Positions 1 through 13,105 are shown, numbered from the stretch's first letter. The stretch: 64,000 bases of DNA from Nitrospirales bacterium (GCA_965203295.1 CBDBCZ010000009.1:224001-288000), one strand, 5' to 3'. A program made the numbers and translations. The notes: generated from the letters alone by a model not told the origin.

Positions 1-2
1 GG

Positions 3-245
3 ACGGGCTTTGTTTTAGGGTGTGAGAATTGGGAAAGATATGATTTTAAGGCTTTATTAAGGCTAGTTAAGAGTTTTATTTTATTAATCTGGGATACTAG
101 GAAGAATAAATTATATGGCGATCAGGATGATAATGGTGAGACATCTGGTTGCTCTTGCTCTTGTCCTCTGACTGGAGATCTTTCAAGCTCCGCCTGCGTA
201 TGTGGGTGCGTGGTCAATGGCGTATGCGCTACGGCAGCAACATGA
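3..245 (+). pseudogene. Probable 3' end of a non-LTR retrotransposon ORF
   Basis: Open frame from the window edge (..LGCENW..FILLIWDTRKNKLYG..CVCGCVVNGVCATAAT*) ending TGA 243-245, then an AT-rich tail; resembles LINE ORF2 C-termini, no catalytic motif visible. Confidence 0.4.
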
Positions 246-339
246 GTATATTATAATTGGTGCTGAGTTTTATGTGCATATCCTTGATCAATGTTTTGTC
301 CCTTTTGTGAGGGATAAATTATTGAAGGCCACTGCAGCC

Positions 340-738
340 TATTCGATGTGACTCAGAGGGCATGTTCTCAGCGAGAAGGACACCTTAGGGAGGGCGAGAC
401 AGGAGCGGAGTAGGGTCAGTTCAATTTGGGAGTCTTCGAAGTCAGGAAGCTTGGATAGGCAGTACTAGACTTTCTCCACCCTCTGTAGGACAACACCCTC
501 ACGGAAAGTAGCTGGGCCAACAGGGCAGCCTAGGAGGGAGAAATCATCACCCCTGGTGATTGGGATCTCCGGCGGGAGTGGGTTGGGTGTAGGAGAAGTA
601 TCAGCTTGGACGTAGAGGAGTGACTTGGCTCGATTGAGGTGGAGCCCACGGAGAGGACCTTCCTCTTCAACGATCTTTTAGGGCAGCTGCCAGGTCGCCG
701 GGGGAACCACAGAGGGTGCCGTCATCTAGGTACCAGGC
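340..738 (-). pseudogene. Reverse transcriptase fragment, CRE-like non-LTR retrotransposon
   Basis: Minus strand reads AWYLDDGTLCGSP..(frameshift)..GLHLNRAKSLL..LLGCPVG..LLRSCLALPK; WYLDD catalytic motif and GLxLNxxK; frameshift and stop. Confidence 0.8.
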
Positions 739-739
739 A

Positions 740-1456
740 TTGGTCTGCAGCCAATCATCAATCTCAATATGTGCTGTTTCATTTTAGAGACATCCACTGG
801 GTCCTTATTGTGCACTAGTTTAGTGGCACAGGCCAACGCAAATACACCACAGTCACTACTGCTTGGTTGTCTCTGTATGTTCACAAGCTTAAGTGTTGCA
901 CTACTTGTTGGGCATTTCCAATACCTGCAGATCTGCCTCATGGTGGAAAGGGATACAGTCGTATACTGTAACATACTATCGTAGATATTATCACTATGGT
1001 TATCACAGTTGATATACCCAGTGACTTTTCCCACTAGGATAATCTGTATAAACTGGGCCCCCACCTCAATTACTTGGGTAGCCGTTCTTCAATGTAGGTT
1101 GGGTAAAATCCCTGGAGTGCCTTGTCATTTGAGAGCTGATTCTTAAGTAGCTCTTGCTCAACATTTATAATGCGCTCATGTAGCCACCCATGAGGGCTCT
1201 GCAGGATTGTCTTGTCCTCTGTCAGAGTTACATTTCTTGGTGACCTACACCACACAGGTTCTGGTTTGCCTGGAGGTACAGAGCTCAAGGTGATGGGCTC
1301 ACTTGCCGTGTCCAGACATTCAAGTGTTTTGGTGTGGTCACATTTGGTGGGCTTTGGCTGTTGCAGGTCGGCTAACGGTTTCTCTGCCTCATTAGAACTG
1401 CCAGTTCGGATGGCAAAATGATATTTCCGAACTTTACCTCTCAGCAGATAACCCAA
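740..1456 (-). pseudogene. Ulp1/C48-like cysteine protease fragment, probably transposon-borne
   Basis: GWLHERIIN..FIQII..IYDS..QRQPSSSDCGVFALA (Q-x-N/S-x-DCG catalytic Cys motif) split over two frames. Confidence 0.6.
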
Positions 1457-2644
1457 TTGTGCAGTGCTGTTGTTGTACCCCTCAGATAGGACTACTATGT
1501 AACTGTAGAAGTAGCTGTACCATTAACTGAAGACTCAACCAAACGAATCTCATGTCCTCTATAAAAGTAGAATTGCCATAATAGATTTTATTGCCTTAGT
1601 ATGCGATGTAAATCACTTACGTCTGGTGGCTCACGATGCTTGTCAACTATTGAGATTAGCTCTTCTCCAGGGTGTTCAGTATTGCAGATCTGTGTGCTGT
1701 TGTGGCTGCTCAAAATCATGCCGCTACCCATAGTTGACCTTTGCTTGACTCCACTCAGTAAGGGGCACCTTTTCACTGCTGCTGAGATCTTATAAGTATA
1801 GAAAATTGCTCTAATTAATTTTTTTGGCTGTATACTTTACTCTTACCATGGATCTGTACCTTCTAATACTTTACCTGCTTCAAATGCTGTGTAGCGGAGT
1901 TAAGCCAGATCTCTCATCTCAGTTTTACACTTTTTAAGGATGGTTTGGTTGATATCCGAATCCTAGCCTGACTGTGCAAATCTTCTCCGGCTTGTGGGTG
2001 GACATGACGCACATATACCCTGAAACACTGGAGCCAGGATAAGAAAGCTGGCACCTCCCTCCGGTGGAAAGAGCTAAGCGAATTACTATGCTTTGGAAGA
2101 GAGAACAGAGAGGCGGACAAAATAGAAGCTAGAACACACGCATACAAGCCTTGCCATCGGGTATCTGCCCATCAAAAGAAGAACAAGTCCTGCTCTTTTT
2201 CAGTGGCGAGAAGTTACTATAGCATGCCTTTTGGGAAGAATAATACATCTTTCTCAGAACTTCGAACTTTTCAAATTCACGTTCACGCTTAGCCATTTGG
2301 GATTGTTTCTCATATATTGGCGCACTTTCTCAAAATCTATCTTCACATGTACATCCCAAACCACACCCGCTGAATGCACGTGCACGTGGGCTACATTGCC
2401 TATGCTTACATGTATTTCTAGTATCAACTAAAGTACAGATGTCTGTCAAGGTCACAAGAGTGGCTGTAGTTGCAAGCCCAAAGTAGGCATCCAGATGGGT
2501 TATAAGTACTGTGTAAACATGCCTCTTAATGTGCTTGTTTTTAAGTCCTGCCTATCATGTTCCTGCCTATGCCTTACATGTATACTTGGGGAAGCTGAGG
2601 GGCAGCAAGGTGGGGAAGGTGACTGGCTTGCGGTGCTCTCTTGC

Positions 2645-2839
2645 GCTTATGCTTATGCTTATGCTTATGCTTATACTTATGCTTACGCTTACGCTTACGC
2701 TTACGCTTACGCTTACGCTTACGCTTACGCTTACGCTTACGCTTACGCTTACGCTTACGCTTACGCTTACGCTTACGCTTACGCTTACGCTTACGCTTAC
2801 GCTTACGCTTACGCTTACGCTTACGCTTACGCTTACGCT
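2645..2839. repeat. Hexanucleotide microsatellite (GCTTAT)n then (GCTTAC)n
   Basis: About 32 tandem units, directly visible. Confidence 0.98.
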
Positions 2840-3026
2840 TGCTCCTTTCTTTGCAATGACCCAGTGCCTCTTATTGCTTGCTCCCATTTCCTTTGCTTTT
2901 GCACCAGCCAGACCCATCCCCCGAAGTTTCCCCCAAGTTCCCTGTGCCCTTGCGGTGGTACTATTTCAACAGTCCATAGAAAACCGAATTTTCCAACTAC
3001 ATAACCTTAACCTCGCCCTAGTCACC

Positions 3027-3715
3027 TCAAAGCTGCATGCCAGCTTGGACCTCAGCCCTGTGTTCCTCGGGGTTCCAGGGGGCACAGTTGATGCTGTTTA
3101 CCTGTGCCAGGGTCTGGGGCACACTCTCAATGACTGCACGAGGGCAACGGATGTACTGCTTGTAGCAGTCTGATGACCACCTGCCAAGCACCTGAATTAG
3201 CCACCCAGGGAGGGCGGCTGCTGCTGCTGTTGTAGCAGCCCCGATGCGGAAGCTATGGCTAGAGTACCGGTGAATGTCCTGGCTGGATGCACGCAGGAGT
3301 TGTCGTGCTGTTGCAGTGAGGCAATCCCGAGTGAGGAAGCGACCTGATTAGAATTGAAAGGCTGGCTGATCTGGCTGGTGGTTCATGGTGGCTTTATAAT
3401 ACTTCCTGATGGCGCCGATAGGGCAGGTGGAGGAGCGGGATGGAGCTAGCTGCAATGAGCAGCCTTTCCTGAAGGGATCCGTTTTCGAGGCCTTTGTGAG
3501 GATCACTACACTGCTGTCACCTAGCTAGCACAAAATCTTGCCGCAACAGGGTGGTGGAGTGGTCCAAGCTTCTGACGGGCATACCAGTTCTTTGGCCCTG
3601 AGAAACCCAAAGAAACCCACAGCAAAGGCGCACCACAGTATCCGCTTGTCGGTAGTGGAGTACCCAGTAGAGTTATGAAGGGACACCTTGAGCTGCCTCA
3701 GGATAGGAATGGTAC
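3027..3715 (-). pseudogene. Tyrosine recombinase of a DIRS/Ngaro-type retrotransposon (fragment)
   Basis: GFFGFLRAKEL..SKTDPFRKG..CPIGAI..YSSHSFRIGAATTAA..LGRWSSDCYKQYIR: R..K..HxxR..W..Y catalytic set; internal stop/frameshift. Confidence 0.9.
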
Positions 3716-6019
3716 CAGACCATATATGGCACATTAATCTACATTAGCCATGATGTGGCAAATGTGCAATTAATGAAAAAAACTAACAAGTACAGCAGAA
3801 CAAGTAGTAGCAAGATTACTGGAACTACTTTGGACATGTACTCTATATAGTATAGCTGCTTGAACTGATGACTTTATGGCCCATTTGAAAACTTGTGGCA
3901 TTGGCTGTGCCAAACGGCTCATTTCATTATTAGGTGGGTGCTTTGACTGTCAATCGATCTTCCCATGAGGCTACATGTACAATGAATGGCCTAAGAAGGA
4001 TGTGTAGTAGTGATGGACCTGTACACTGTTGGGAGCTCCCAATTAGATGAGGGGTAGGTTCCACTACATTGATGATTATGGTGGGTTAGAAGTGGGTGTG
4101 GAGGGTTTGTGAAGTTAGCATATATGGACGATTGGACTTAGCAGTATCTTCTTTTTTGTTCTACGCTTTCAAGTCTTATGTCCCTGTACTTTGTTGTGGA
4201 CTTGGGCAGGATGAACAGAGAGAGAGAGAGGGAGTTTTGGAGCTGTGGCCCAGGTACTGGTACTTGCAGTGACAGCATTGCCTGGGATAAGGCCATGTTT
4301 TGCTCTCAATTGTGTCGACTGGCTCCCGCCCCTCTGCATACCTTAAATCGAGGGTACCTTGGCCCTGGCCCAACAGGGTTTTGCACTTGGCCACCAATTG
4401 CTGCCAGGTACTGTGGTGGCTCCAGAACCCCGCTCTGAAGTCCTCCAGGACTGCGACTGCTTGGGCATTCTTTGCCAGGCTCGGCCGCAGTGGGTTATAA
4501 ACCATGATCACGGCGAGGAATTTATCAGGCTGAGACGCACGAGTGGTGAGGATGATGGGTGACGATCACGGCGGGGCCTCAAAGCCTGTACACTGCTGGT
4601 GGGCATCAGTGGCTTTTATATCTTATGCTCAGAAGAAAGCTAGTGCATGTTATGTTATCTAAAATGTACTGGTAGAGAAGCAGGGTCAGCCATAACTCTA
4701 CATCCCAATGAATAGTAATGCAAGAGTTTGACACTATACAACAGTGTACTTGAGAGGTTTATCAACTTTATACAACCGCTTACAGGGTCAACGACCACTG
4801 GCGATTTGTGATCCAGCGTCTCTGTTTTCTGGCTTCCCTGCTGAACTACTTAGAGAGCGAGAAAATTGGCCACCAGGGAGAGTATGGCGGAACTATTAAT
4901 TTTGCAACATATGGACAATAAATTGTCCGGTTTCAAATCTAATTAAAGGTCAAACCTCCAGTATTTATGGAAAGTTCAGTTTTTCTATGGGTACTTTAGT
5001 AGTTATCCAACTGTAACTTGTACATGTATACCCTCAGAGTCACTCAGTTTACAGGTTTGTGGTATAAGGACACTGTTGAGACTCTTGAAGGCAGTTCTCT
5101 TGAAGGCTGGTAGGCTTGTAGTCTGCAGGAGATGGCCAGATTTACTTACTGCTCCTACTGAGGTTCAGTACATTCTTCTCTGTGAGGGGGGGGGAAACTG
5201 TACCAGAGAGCTGACAGCAACAGCATGCTCCAGACAACTTGGGCAACTCTTCATGGCTGTTCCTGGCAGTTGGAAATGAGTCTGTCGATCCACTGCAGCT
5301 GTTCGGAGGAGATAGTGGTCTTTGAGCAGTTGAGAAATCGACGTCGACAGTGTATCTATACGGGTCGTAGGTTTTGGGTCTACGAAGTGTTGGTACTGTT
5401 GGGCTGTTTGAAGTTAGGACACTAGGAACGAGCTAACGCCGGTTGTTAGTCCAGCTGCTCTCCAGAGTGTAGCCAGCTAACTAAAACAGGAACCTACACA
5501 GTAACTTCTCAGTCAGCCTGATGATAATACGCACTGATAATTCTATTCCCAAATCATATAATGTGCTTTCTTGAGTAACAGTTGTACTCAACGAAACATG
5601 TATTGTTACGGAACATAAACAAAATGACACATGTACACATAAGTATCAACGTGAAGGCAACTCAGAGGTGTAAGGAGAGCAGTGTCTGACTTTTGATCTG
5701 AGTTATCCACCAGTTTGCTCTGCCACGTGGCCCTGTGGTGGACTTCTATGAGAGAGTAGTCCGCTCAAACTTCCAGATCATTCCTTAATCATCTTTATTA
5801 TTCCCAGTATGATTTATGAGAGTTTAATCCTCAGCTGCACAACAACTATTGATCTTACAAACCTTACTTCCTATTGTTCTGCTATCTCGAAAACACGACT
5901 GTCTCTCTCGTGTTCACTCAGTATTCAAAACCTCACTGCATATTGATATCTGCTTATTACACCACAGGGAATCCCAGTAGTCGGCTACGAGAATTCTCAA
6001 CTATGGTTTTAACTCTGTT

Positions 6020-6200
6020 TGAGAATGGGAAATTCATTGTTTCGGCAAACCTACTGAAGTCTTCCATTGAATGTCAGAATGTGATCATAGCACATATATT
6101 GGCAAAAGGAAGGCAAGGATTATTAGTAGAAGTTTGGTGATGTGCTGAACCCAAGTGGTGGCTCTTGCTCATCTCCTGTAATGAGCACTGTCCTGTTACA
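6020..6200 (-). pseudogene. Degenerate HECT E3-ligase C-terminal fragment
   Basis: ITGDEQEPPLGF..LPFANICAM..FAETMNF across frames, resembling the TGxxxxPPLGF..LPxANTC motif. Confidence 0.45.
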
Positions 6201-7875
6201 CGGTGGTGATGGGGATGGTGTGTTTTATCTTCCTTATGGTCTATATAGGAAGCAATATAATACCATACCAATCAACCATTGAAATTTAAAAATTGTACAT
6301 CAAGCCATTTTTTGGTAAAAAGGACAATATCAAGTGAAATCTGACAGAGTCACACCACAACCATTGTGTGATGGCCAGTTGGCCCTGTATTTGTGAGTAA
6401 TACCGGTGACTTCGCTTCAGCTGCAGACCTTCCCTACCAGCTTGCAAACTCAATACACTGCAGAAATCTGAGTTAGACGCAGCATCTTCTGGGGACAGAT
6501 CACGGTATTTATACGGGCACTTAATGTCTGCTAAGCCGAATTGGTCGGCACAAGAAGGATCATTTACATAAGAGTCAGGTGAAGCTCCAATAAAAGGGTA
6601 TTCCTCGCATATGGTGAACCCAGCCCTCACTGCTATCAAGCCATTAGGCCCAACCTAGTCTGATGGTCAGCGTACGTCTTCAATGCTGTAGATCCCTGCT
6701 GTCTTCCCCACTCTGTTGCGCTAGTTGAAAACTGATGTGGGTGTAGGGGCTGTTTCACCAGTGAATCAGGTACTAGGAAGACTATGAAAGACTTCCAAGC
6801 ATGGAAGCCGTTAGTTGATAGCATCTAGCTGAAAACCATAGTGAAGACTAACTTTGATTGACCGTTTCCCTTTCAATCTCTCTAATCTTCTCAGGAGTTA
6901 GCCGAAGACTTTCCTTAAAAGCCGTAACTCGCTCAGTGAGCTTATTTCTCAACGGTAGATGGGGTTCATCTGAGGTTCTGACAGCAGCGTTCTCATCATG
7001 TGCTCATACGCATGTTTTTGTCAGAGAGTGCCGACACCCCGAGACCCTTGCCCTAACTGCTGTTATGAACTTCTGTAACAGATCAGGTGCTGTTCCCCGG
7101 TGCTCAACTGGCCTAGGATCAAATTCACTCAGTGGCTTGAGGTTGTGTTTAAGTGTACATCCGTGCACATACTTTTGAAATATAATATCAGTAATCTTTG
7201 CTGTGCTCTCCTTTCTCATACGTGGTGGCTTCCATTGGCATGCAAAAGAGGTGACGGGAAGTGGCTCCTGAGACGCGGAGTCACCGTCAGACACCATACT
7301 ATGGCAAGGAACCCTGTCTATCTCTGGGGGTGACATAGCAACTAGCGCATATGGTAACCCAGATACATGTGTACACGAAGCAGACTCCCTATGTACAGAG
7401 GATGTGAGTATGTGTGGGTATGCAGGTGAGCTGTTTGTGTGTGAATAGTGAGGAGCGACTTACCCAGCAACACATTGACAAGTTGCCTTTTTAATCGTTG
7501 CTAGTGCCCCTTCCTTACCAAGCAACAAGTACATGCTATATAGACCAGTCTTCATAGATGAAGTCATGCTATGGTAATAATCGGGATGTCGATAATTGAC
7601 CTTCAAACGATCTAGCCGTCCAGATGCCCAATGTGCATATCCACGTTGGAGAGCTCGAAAGGCTCCTTGTGTCCTTCCTGCCACAACCAGCCGCCAGATA
7701 GCGTAATTCGGGAAAAATTCGCGTTACAAAATTTCATAAGATAAATTTTCGCGTTAAAATTTTTTCGTAAATTTAGAATGAGCTACGAAAAACTCTCACG
7801 CTTAGTAATTTCGCACATTATTTTCGATCGAGCAAAATTTAACGTCAACGAGTGCTTGAGAGACACTCAGTCAGC

Positions 7876-8233
7876 ATGGAAGAGTTAGAAAGAGTTTGCT
7901 GCATTCGTGGCTACCACGTATATAAAGAAATATGGGAAGCAGCTACTGGAGAAGTGTTTATGTGAGAGAGAGCTCCACAACAGTCGAGATCGATATGCTG
8001 TAGCCGTGAAAAGAATGGGAATGATTATTGGCCATTTACCGCGAAAGTTATTTAGAGTGTGTTCTCTCTTTTTGCGACGAGGGGGTACGATTGACTGCAC
8101 AGTGACTGGAGGGAGAAGATACTCCGCAGATCTGCCTCAAGGCGGGCTGGAAGTTCCTTGCTCGTTGCTGTTCAAGGCCACGCCCAAAGAAATCCAAAAG
8201 CTGAAGAAGTTGTGGAAAAAAAAAATGACGTAA
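7876..8233 (+). pseudogene. HIRAN-like domain passenger gene inside the pogo element
   Basis: MEELERVCCIRGYHVYKEIWEAATGE (frameshift) CERELHNSRDRYAVAVK..IIGHLPR..GGLEVPC; matches the HIRAN RE.xN.xD.xAV..GxxP pattern. Confidence 0.65.
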
Positions 8234-8339
8234 CTTTAGTTCAAAGTACTTCTGTATCATTGTAGTAACTCAGTATCAAGACAATAATATTATTAAACAA
8301 CTAGACAAATGTATGTGAAAATGAATATGAAAAGTACTT

Positions 8340-9898
8340 CTAATCTTCATCAATGATTTCAATCGTGTCGCTTGATGTACAGTCAAAATCGTTCTCAGTC
8401 TCGTTCTCCTCACTCTCCCGCCCTTTCTGTTCATCCTGGTGGCCATCCAAAACTCCGGCAATCCCCGTTCGCATAAACCCATTTACGACAATCTGGGGGT
8501 TGTCAGCGAAGTACTCTGCCATCTCCACCATCCACTTGGCCCCCAGCTCCTTCAGCACTGGTAGACCCAAGCTGATTGGCTGCAAGTCGGTCGATTCGAC
8601 ATCTCTCCCCGCAAACTACTTAGCCAGTTCGTGTGCGTACCAGTCTTCGAACTGCCTTTTCAGGAAATCCTTTGCAGGCTTGTTCACCGACACGTCCATG
8701 GGCTGGAGCAGATCGGTCGTGTTTGGTGGCAGTAGGCACGTATGGATGTTGTTCGTCTCCAAAAGATCTGTCACCGAGGTGGTAATCTGGCCTTTGAAGT
8801 TGTCCATGATGACTAACGCTGGTGTGGTGTCATCAAAGCCCCCTCGAGTACGCCTGACGTATGGAATGATGATGTTCTTCACATAACGGACCATGGTCTC
8901 CTCGTTGGACCGATGCTTGGGAGAGTAGGTGATGTCCCAATCAGATGGAAACTTGTAGCGGTGATGGCAGAGCGTTGTTTTCCCTTGGTAGATGACTTGG
9001 ATCGGCAGAAAATCACCCACAAGCGAGCCACAAAATACAGCCGTGATGAGACGCTTGTCATCGACTCCAACCACCTCCACTCGCTTGGAACCTTGTTTGT
9101 CCACGGTCCACGTGTTGGACGACACGATCTTGATCCCCGCCTGGTCCCAGTTCAAAATCAGCTCTGGTGGGATTTCTTCCATCTGTACTATGGCTACAAC
9201 ATCTTCAAGGAACGCTTCCTTCAGCTGAGCGAAGCCTGCAATGGAGTACTTGCTCTTGGCTGTGGTGACTTTCCTTTTCACGAACTTCATCCGACTCAAG
9301 AGTGAGTACGCCCAGTGCCTGTTCAGCTCTACATGCCCCCCAAACTCAACCAGCTTCGTCTGATCACAGGACAGCAGAATGCCTCTCGCGGCAGCCATCG
9401 CAATTCTTGCAGAAACCACTCCCCCTCCTCCCCTCACCTTCCCATCCAAGAAGAACCGGCCTCCCACGCTTCTTTGGAGGCAGTACTGTCACGTCGTCAT
9501 CATCTTCTGCTGCTCTCTTCTCTTTCTTCCCTTCTAAGTACGCTTTCTTGATGGAGTGTACAGTGGTCTCGCTGACACGATGACCAAGCTTGTGAGAAAA
9601 ATACCTGGCTGCTGCTGCTATTCCATGGAAGCATGCGTACCTCCCTATGTTGGCACGGACACTTGGGCTATACCTATAGAACAGACAAAGAAAATTTTCA
9701 GTCAGCTTATGCTCTACAATCGCTAGAAAATTTATCTCACCTCTCGTACTGGCCACGCTTCTTGCCCGTCTCGCTGGTGGTGACCTTCTCAACTTCTCTG
9801 TTGGCAAGAGCGATCGCTTTCGAAGGCAGAGAAGAAGACAACGACCCCTTAGGATCAGGCAGACCATCCTTTGGCTTGAAGAAGCTTCTTATGGACAT
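8340..9898 (-). pseudogene. pogo DDE_1 transposase, disrupted; one 67-nt intron 9674-9740
   Basis: MSIRSFFKP..; ILNWDQAG, VIMDNFKGQ, LPPNTTDLLQPMDVSVNKPAK motifs; GT-AG intron restores ERYSP; frameshifts near 9440 and 8610. Confidence 0.9.
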
Positions 9899-10508
9899 CT
9901 CGACACGGATCCTCTCGCGATTCAGACTGTCGACTTCTGTGTACGTGTCACTTTTGGACCGTACATTTTTGTTATTTGAATAATTAGCTGTAAATTTTTT
10001 TCGTAATTTTAATTTTCGTAGCCGTGGAGGCCTACGAAAATATTTTAACACCGAATTTTTCCCGAATTACGGTAGCTCATCACACCCACACACTCTGTCG
10101 GCATCCAGCTCCTCTGCAATTGCGTTTTCGCTCTGTCATTTCAGTAGTCTATTTAGTCACGTCATACCACAAAATGTTGATTGATTGTTCAATGTGAACT
10201 CGTAATGTATACATAAGCCTTCCTGGGTAATACAGGTACGTATTTGCATACTTTGTGGGAAATAGAAGCCAGTACAACTATTAACTGTTGGTTTTTCAAG
10301 TTTGGAGTAAGCAGAGTTGGTCAATTACATGTATGACCAGTGTAATATGTAGCTTCTTGAGAGTGGATATTCTCCTGATCATGAGTGTACTTTAATGGTA
10401 TATTGATGGACGTTCCAATTTTCATAATGGGCACGTCTACTGCCTCTGTATATAGCTATAGTGTATTATATATGTGATATTATATTCTCTCTTTTTCTCT
10501 GCTTTCAG

Positions 10509-10607
10509 CCGATGGCGATTGTTCGTCCCAGTTGGAAGAACAGAGGTGCCATGTATACTGAGTATGGTGTTAGCATCCGCTCTGTGAGAAGGGACCAAAC
10601 CACTGCT
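10509..10607 (+). CDS. POLR1B: RNA polymerase I second-largest subunit, exon (first seen in window)
   Basis: tttcAG|PMAIVRPSWKNRGAMYTEYGVSIRSVRRDQTTA|GTaagt; 99 nt, phase 0/0; recognisable RPA2 segment. Confidence 0.9.
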
Positions 10608-10628
10608 GTAAGTACATGACCAGACTAA

Positions 10629-10800
10629 TTGGGGTGAGCCTGAGCGAGCCCACACTAGATCAACATTTGGTGGAACAATTCTGTTCATACGTGTACATCT
10701 ATACTTACGATTGGTTGTGTCCATGCATGTGTGTGTGTCCGTGGTGGAAACGGAAACTGCATGCTCCCAGAAGTACTTTGACCTGTGACCGTGAATGTAG
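10629..10800 (+). mobile_element. 5' fragment of Helentron/HINE-like non-autonomous element
   Basis: Starts TTGGGGTGAGCCTGAGCGAGCCCACACTAG, the same 5' motif as the elements at 20791 and 42190; no 3' end found. Confidence 0.55.
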
Positions 10801-10999
10801 GGGTTAAAGCGTGTGTCTGGACCCTAGTATTGAAGTATGAGTTTGAGATCATGCTTGCTCTTACCTGTGATTAGTGTGAGATGGTAATCACTCTTTTTGG
10901 TGTACAAGCAAAGACAGTACAATCACCACCCGTCCCCCAACTCTGCAATCCAACCCACCACACACATCAATACTTTGCTTTTAGCTCTGTCTGCCTGTC

Positions 11000-11056
<57 letters not shown>

Positions 11057-11769
11057 CAGATGTGACGTCCGCTCATAAAGCACGATTGCGCTGAGAATTC
11101 GTGCTACTCTTCCGAAACAGCTCATGCACGTTGCATAGTTTTGCAATAACAGTACTGTAACAACTTCTGCACAAACTTCTGCACATTGTTGGAGGCGTGC
11201 AGTACTGCTGGTGTCGAGTCAGCTCGTATGAAGAGTTCAGCTGTCCTTTTGGCGGTACAGAATGATGTGTTCAGTTCAGCATTGCAATCATCTGTACAAT
11301 GGAGCGGCTCCAGTGACAGTCTTGACTTGCAGAATGAGCACATTGGGAACATCTGCAGGAGGTGGACATCCCGAGTACAGCACTTTGTCATGGGTGAAAT
11401 TGAGGAGTATACGTCTGTGGCCATTTTCTTCAGAACAATCTTGATGTCTTGATTTTGAAGAGAGTGGTTGGTAGCTTCTATAGTAAGAGCTGCTGATGCT
11501 TCATCAAAATTAATATCACACAATGCATTGTACTTTGTGTATAGTGGATTGTATGATGTAATAATTGTGTAATGGGAAAATGCAAGGGGCGGGACAGTAA
11601 GCAATCTGAGAGGTGTAAAGACTAATTGGATGGGGTTTGTTATTGTTAGTAATGATGTGCAGAGAACATTCAACTTGTCAGCTCTGTGGGAGTGCTAGTA
11701 CATGTAACAGTTAACAGTAACAGGTCGAAGATGAGTGCAACTACTAGATGAATGGCATGGATTGTGCTG

Positions 11770-13105
11770 ACCAACTTGCAGTGTATTACTCTTTAATCGA
11801 AGTAGTAGGAAGTGGCGTAACCTCTTTTTAGTTGAGATAACTGTCATCTAAGTTTACTTGTAGCATGGCAGCCATACAAATCAAAGGCACCGCCTACGGT
11901 TTATATAGTGTAGAGGTGTTCTAACTGCCAGGCGTGTTCTAACTTCCAATTAGTGGTAGTTAGAACATGGCAATTAGGGCAGTTAGAACATGGCAATTAG
12001 GGCAGTTAGAACACGGCAATTAGGGCAGTTAGAACACGGCAGCAAAAACACTTGCATAGTCACCAAACAAATACAAAAACTCAAAACAGATGAATGAAGG
12101 TTTTACAAAAGCATGTTGCTTGAGGCCAAAACTGAGTCAACAAACATGTCATCATCGGTGTCCACAGGTACAGTGACTGAAGTGCTCATGCCTTGAAAGT
12201 TCTGAATCGATGCCTGGTTAAACACCTGCACATTAATAGTACAATTTTTGGGTGAACCAAAGAGGGCTGACGGCACCACGGAGGTATTATGAGTTGTACT
12301 GGATGCTTGCAGCATGGTTGACTGCACTGGTCCGGCCAAAGGCTGTGTTGGCCGAACCTCAGGTGGGGTCACATTCTGCCTGTTAACAAGTGCCAAAGGC
12401 TGTGTTGGCCTTAGAACTCACTGTCTTTGTCCACTGGCTTTGAGAGGATGTCAACATCGATAGTCTCGCCCACAGCGCAACGCTGATTTCGCGAAACAAT
12501 CCACTGCTTGAAACTGGAAATTGCCCACCTCGTGTTCTTTTCGGTGTTTTTGGGGACAAATCCCTTCAAAATAGACTCCAGTTCCGCTGAAGAAACTATC
12601 TTAGTAAAGCGCATCTTCCCTTTTGAAGAAGTAGGTAGTTTCAGGCGCTTCTTTGGTGGCTGAAAGTCATCATTCTCTTTCTCGCTGTCGGAATCAGTCC
12701 AGTCACTCATTCCGAGCTTGAATAGATCTGGAGCCTTCTTAGCAGTGTCAATACTTTCTATGCGAGCTAGCAACGAAGGCGAAATCACACACTGCTCACT
12801 CATTTTCTAACTGCTGGCTAGTACCGTTAGCTATATAGCTCTCAGGACGTTAATTAATTTAGTATAGCATTCAACCAATCAGATTTCACAAATGATTTAC
12901 GTAAGCAGTTTCCATGCAACCGTAACCATAGCAAGACCAATCAGATTTCGCGAGCGTTTTGCGTAAGCGGTTCTTTTGCAGCGGTAGCCTTTGATTTGTA
13001 TGGCTGCCATGCTACAAACCAGCTAAACCACCCCCTAGACGCGTTTACCGAGTAATACACTCGACAGTTCCGGGGTAAACGCGTCTAGGGGGTGGTTTAA
13101 CTATA
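11770..13105 (-). mobile_element. Internally deleted Crypton-like (tyrosine-recombinase DNA transposon) element
   Basis: ORF 12411-12803 has the Crypton/DUF3504-type N-terminus (RF..FVPKNTEKNTRWAISSFKQW) fused to a C-terminal tail (FGSPKNCTIN); recombinase core missing; perfect 31-bp inverted repeat 11858-11888/12987-13017; 22-bp tandem repeats at 11959-12040; outer boundaries approximate. Confidence 0.7.

Larger units (their letters stand above)
7701..10072 (-). mobile_element. pogo-type (Tc1/mariner superfamily) DNA transposon, 2.37 kb
   Basis: TIRs (G/C)CGTAATTCGGGAAAAATTCG at both ends, TA at 7699-7700 and 10073-10074, DDE_1 transposase inside. Confidence 0.93.
6286..10140 (-). pseudogene. 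SWIM zinc finger + YqaJ (lambda-exonuclease-like) transposon accessory gene, interrupted by the pogo element
   Basis: ATCQCVAG/SCTHVSG (SWIM), TSFACQWKPP, EWG, PFIGASPD..DIKCPY..YYSQIQGQLAITQ..WCD; frameshifts; 5' part continues beyond 10074. Confidence 0.85.

Noticed and set aside
2495..3173. Long ORFs with AY/LT/SV/LR dipeptide runs
   Set aside because: Artefacts of the GCTTAY microsatellite
4176..4620. Possible DIRS gag/RT continuation
   Set aside because: No diagnostic motif found
5510..5600. Second hammerhead candidate (CTGATGA ... hairpin-CGAAAC)
   Set aside because: The two core motifs are not joined by a stem II and no closing stems are evident
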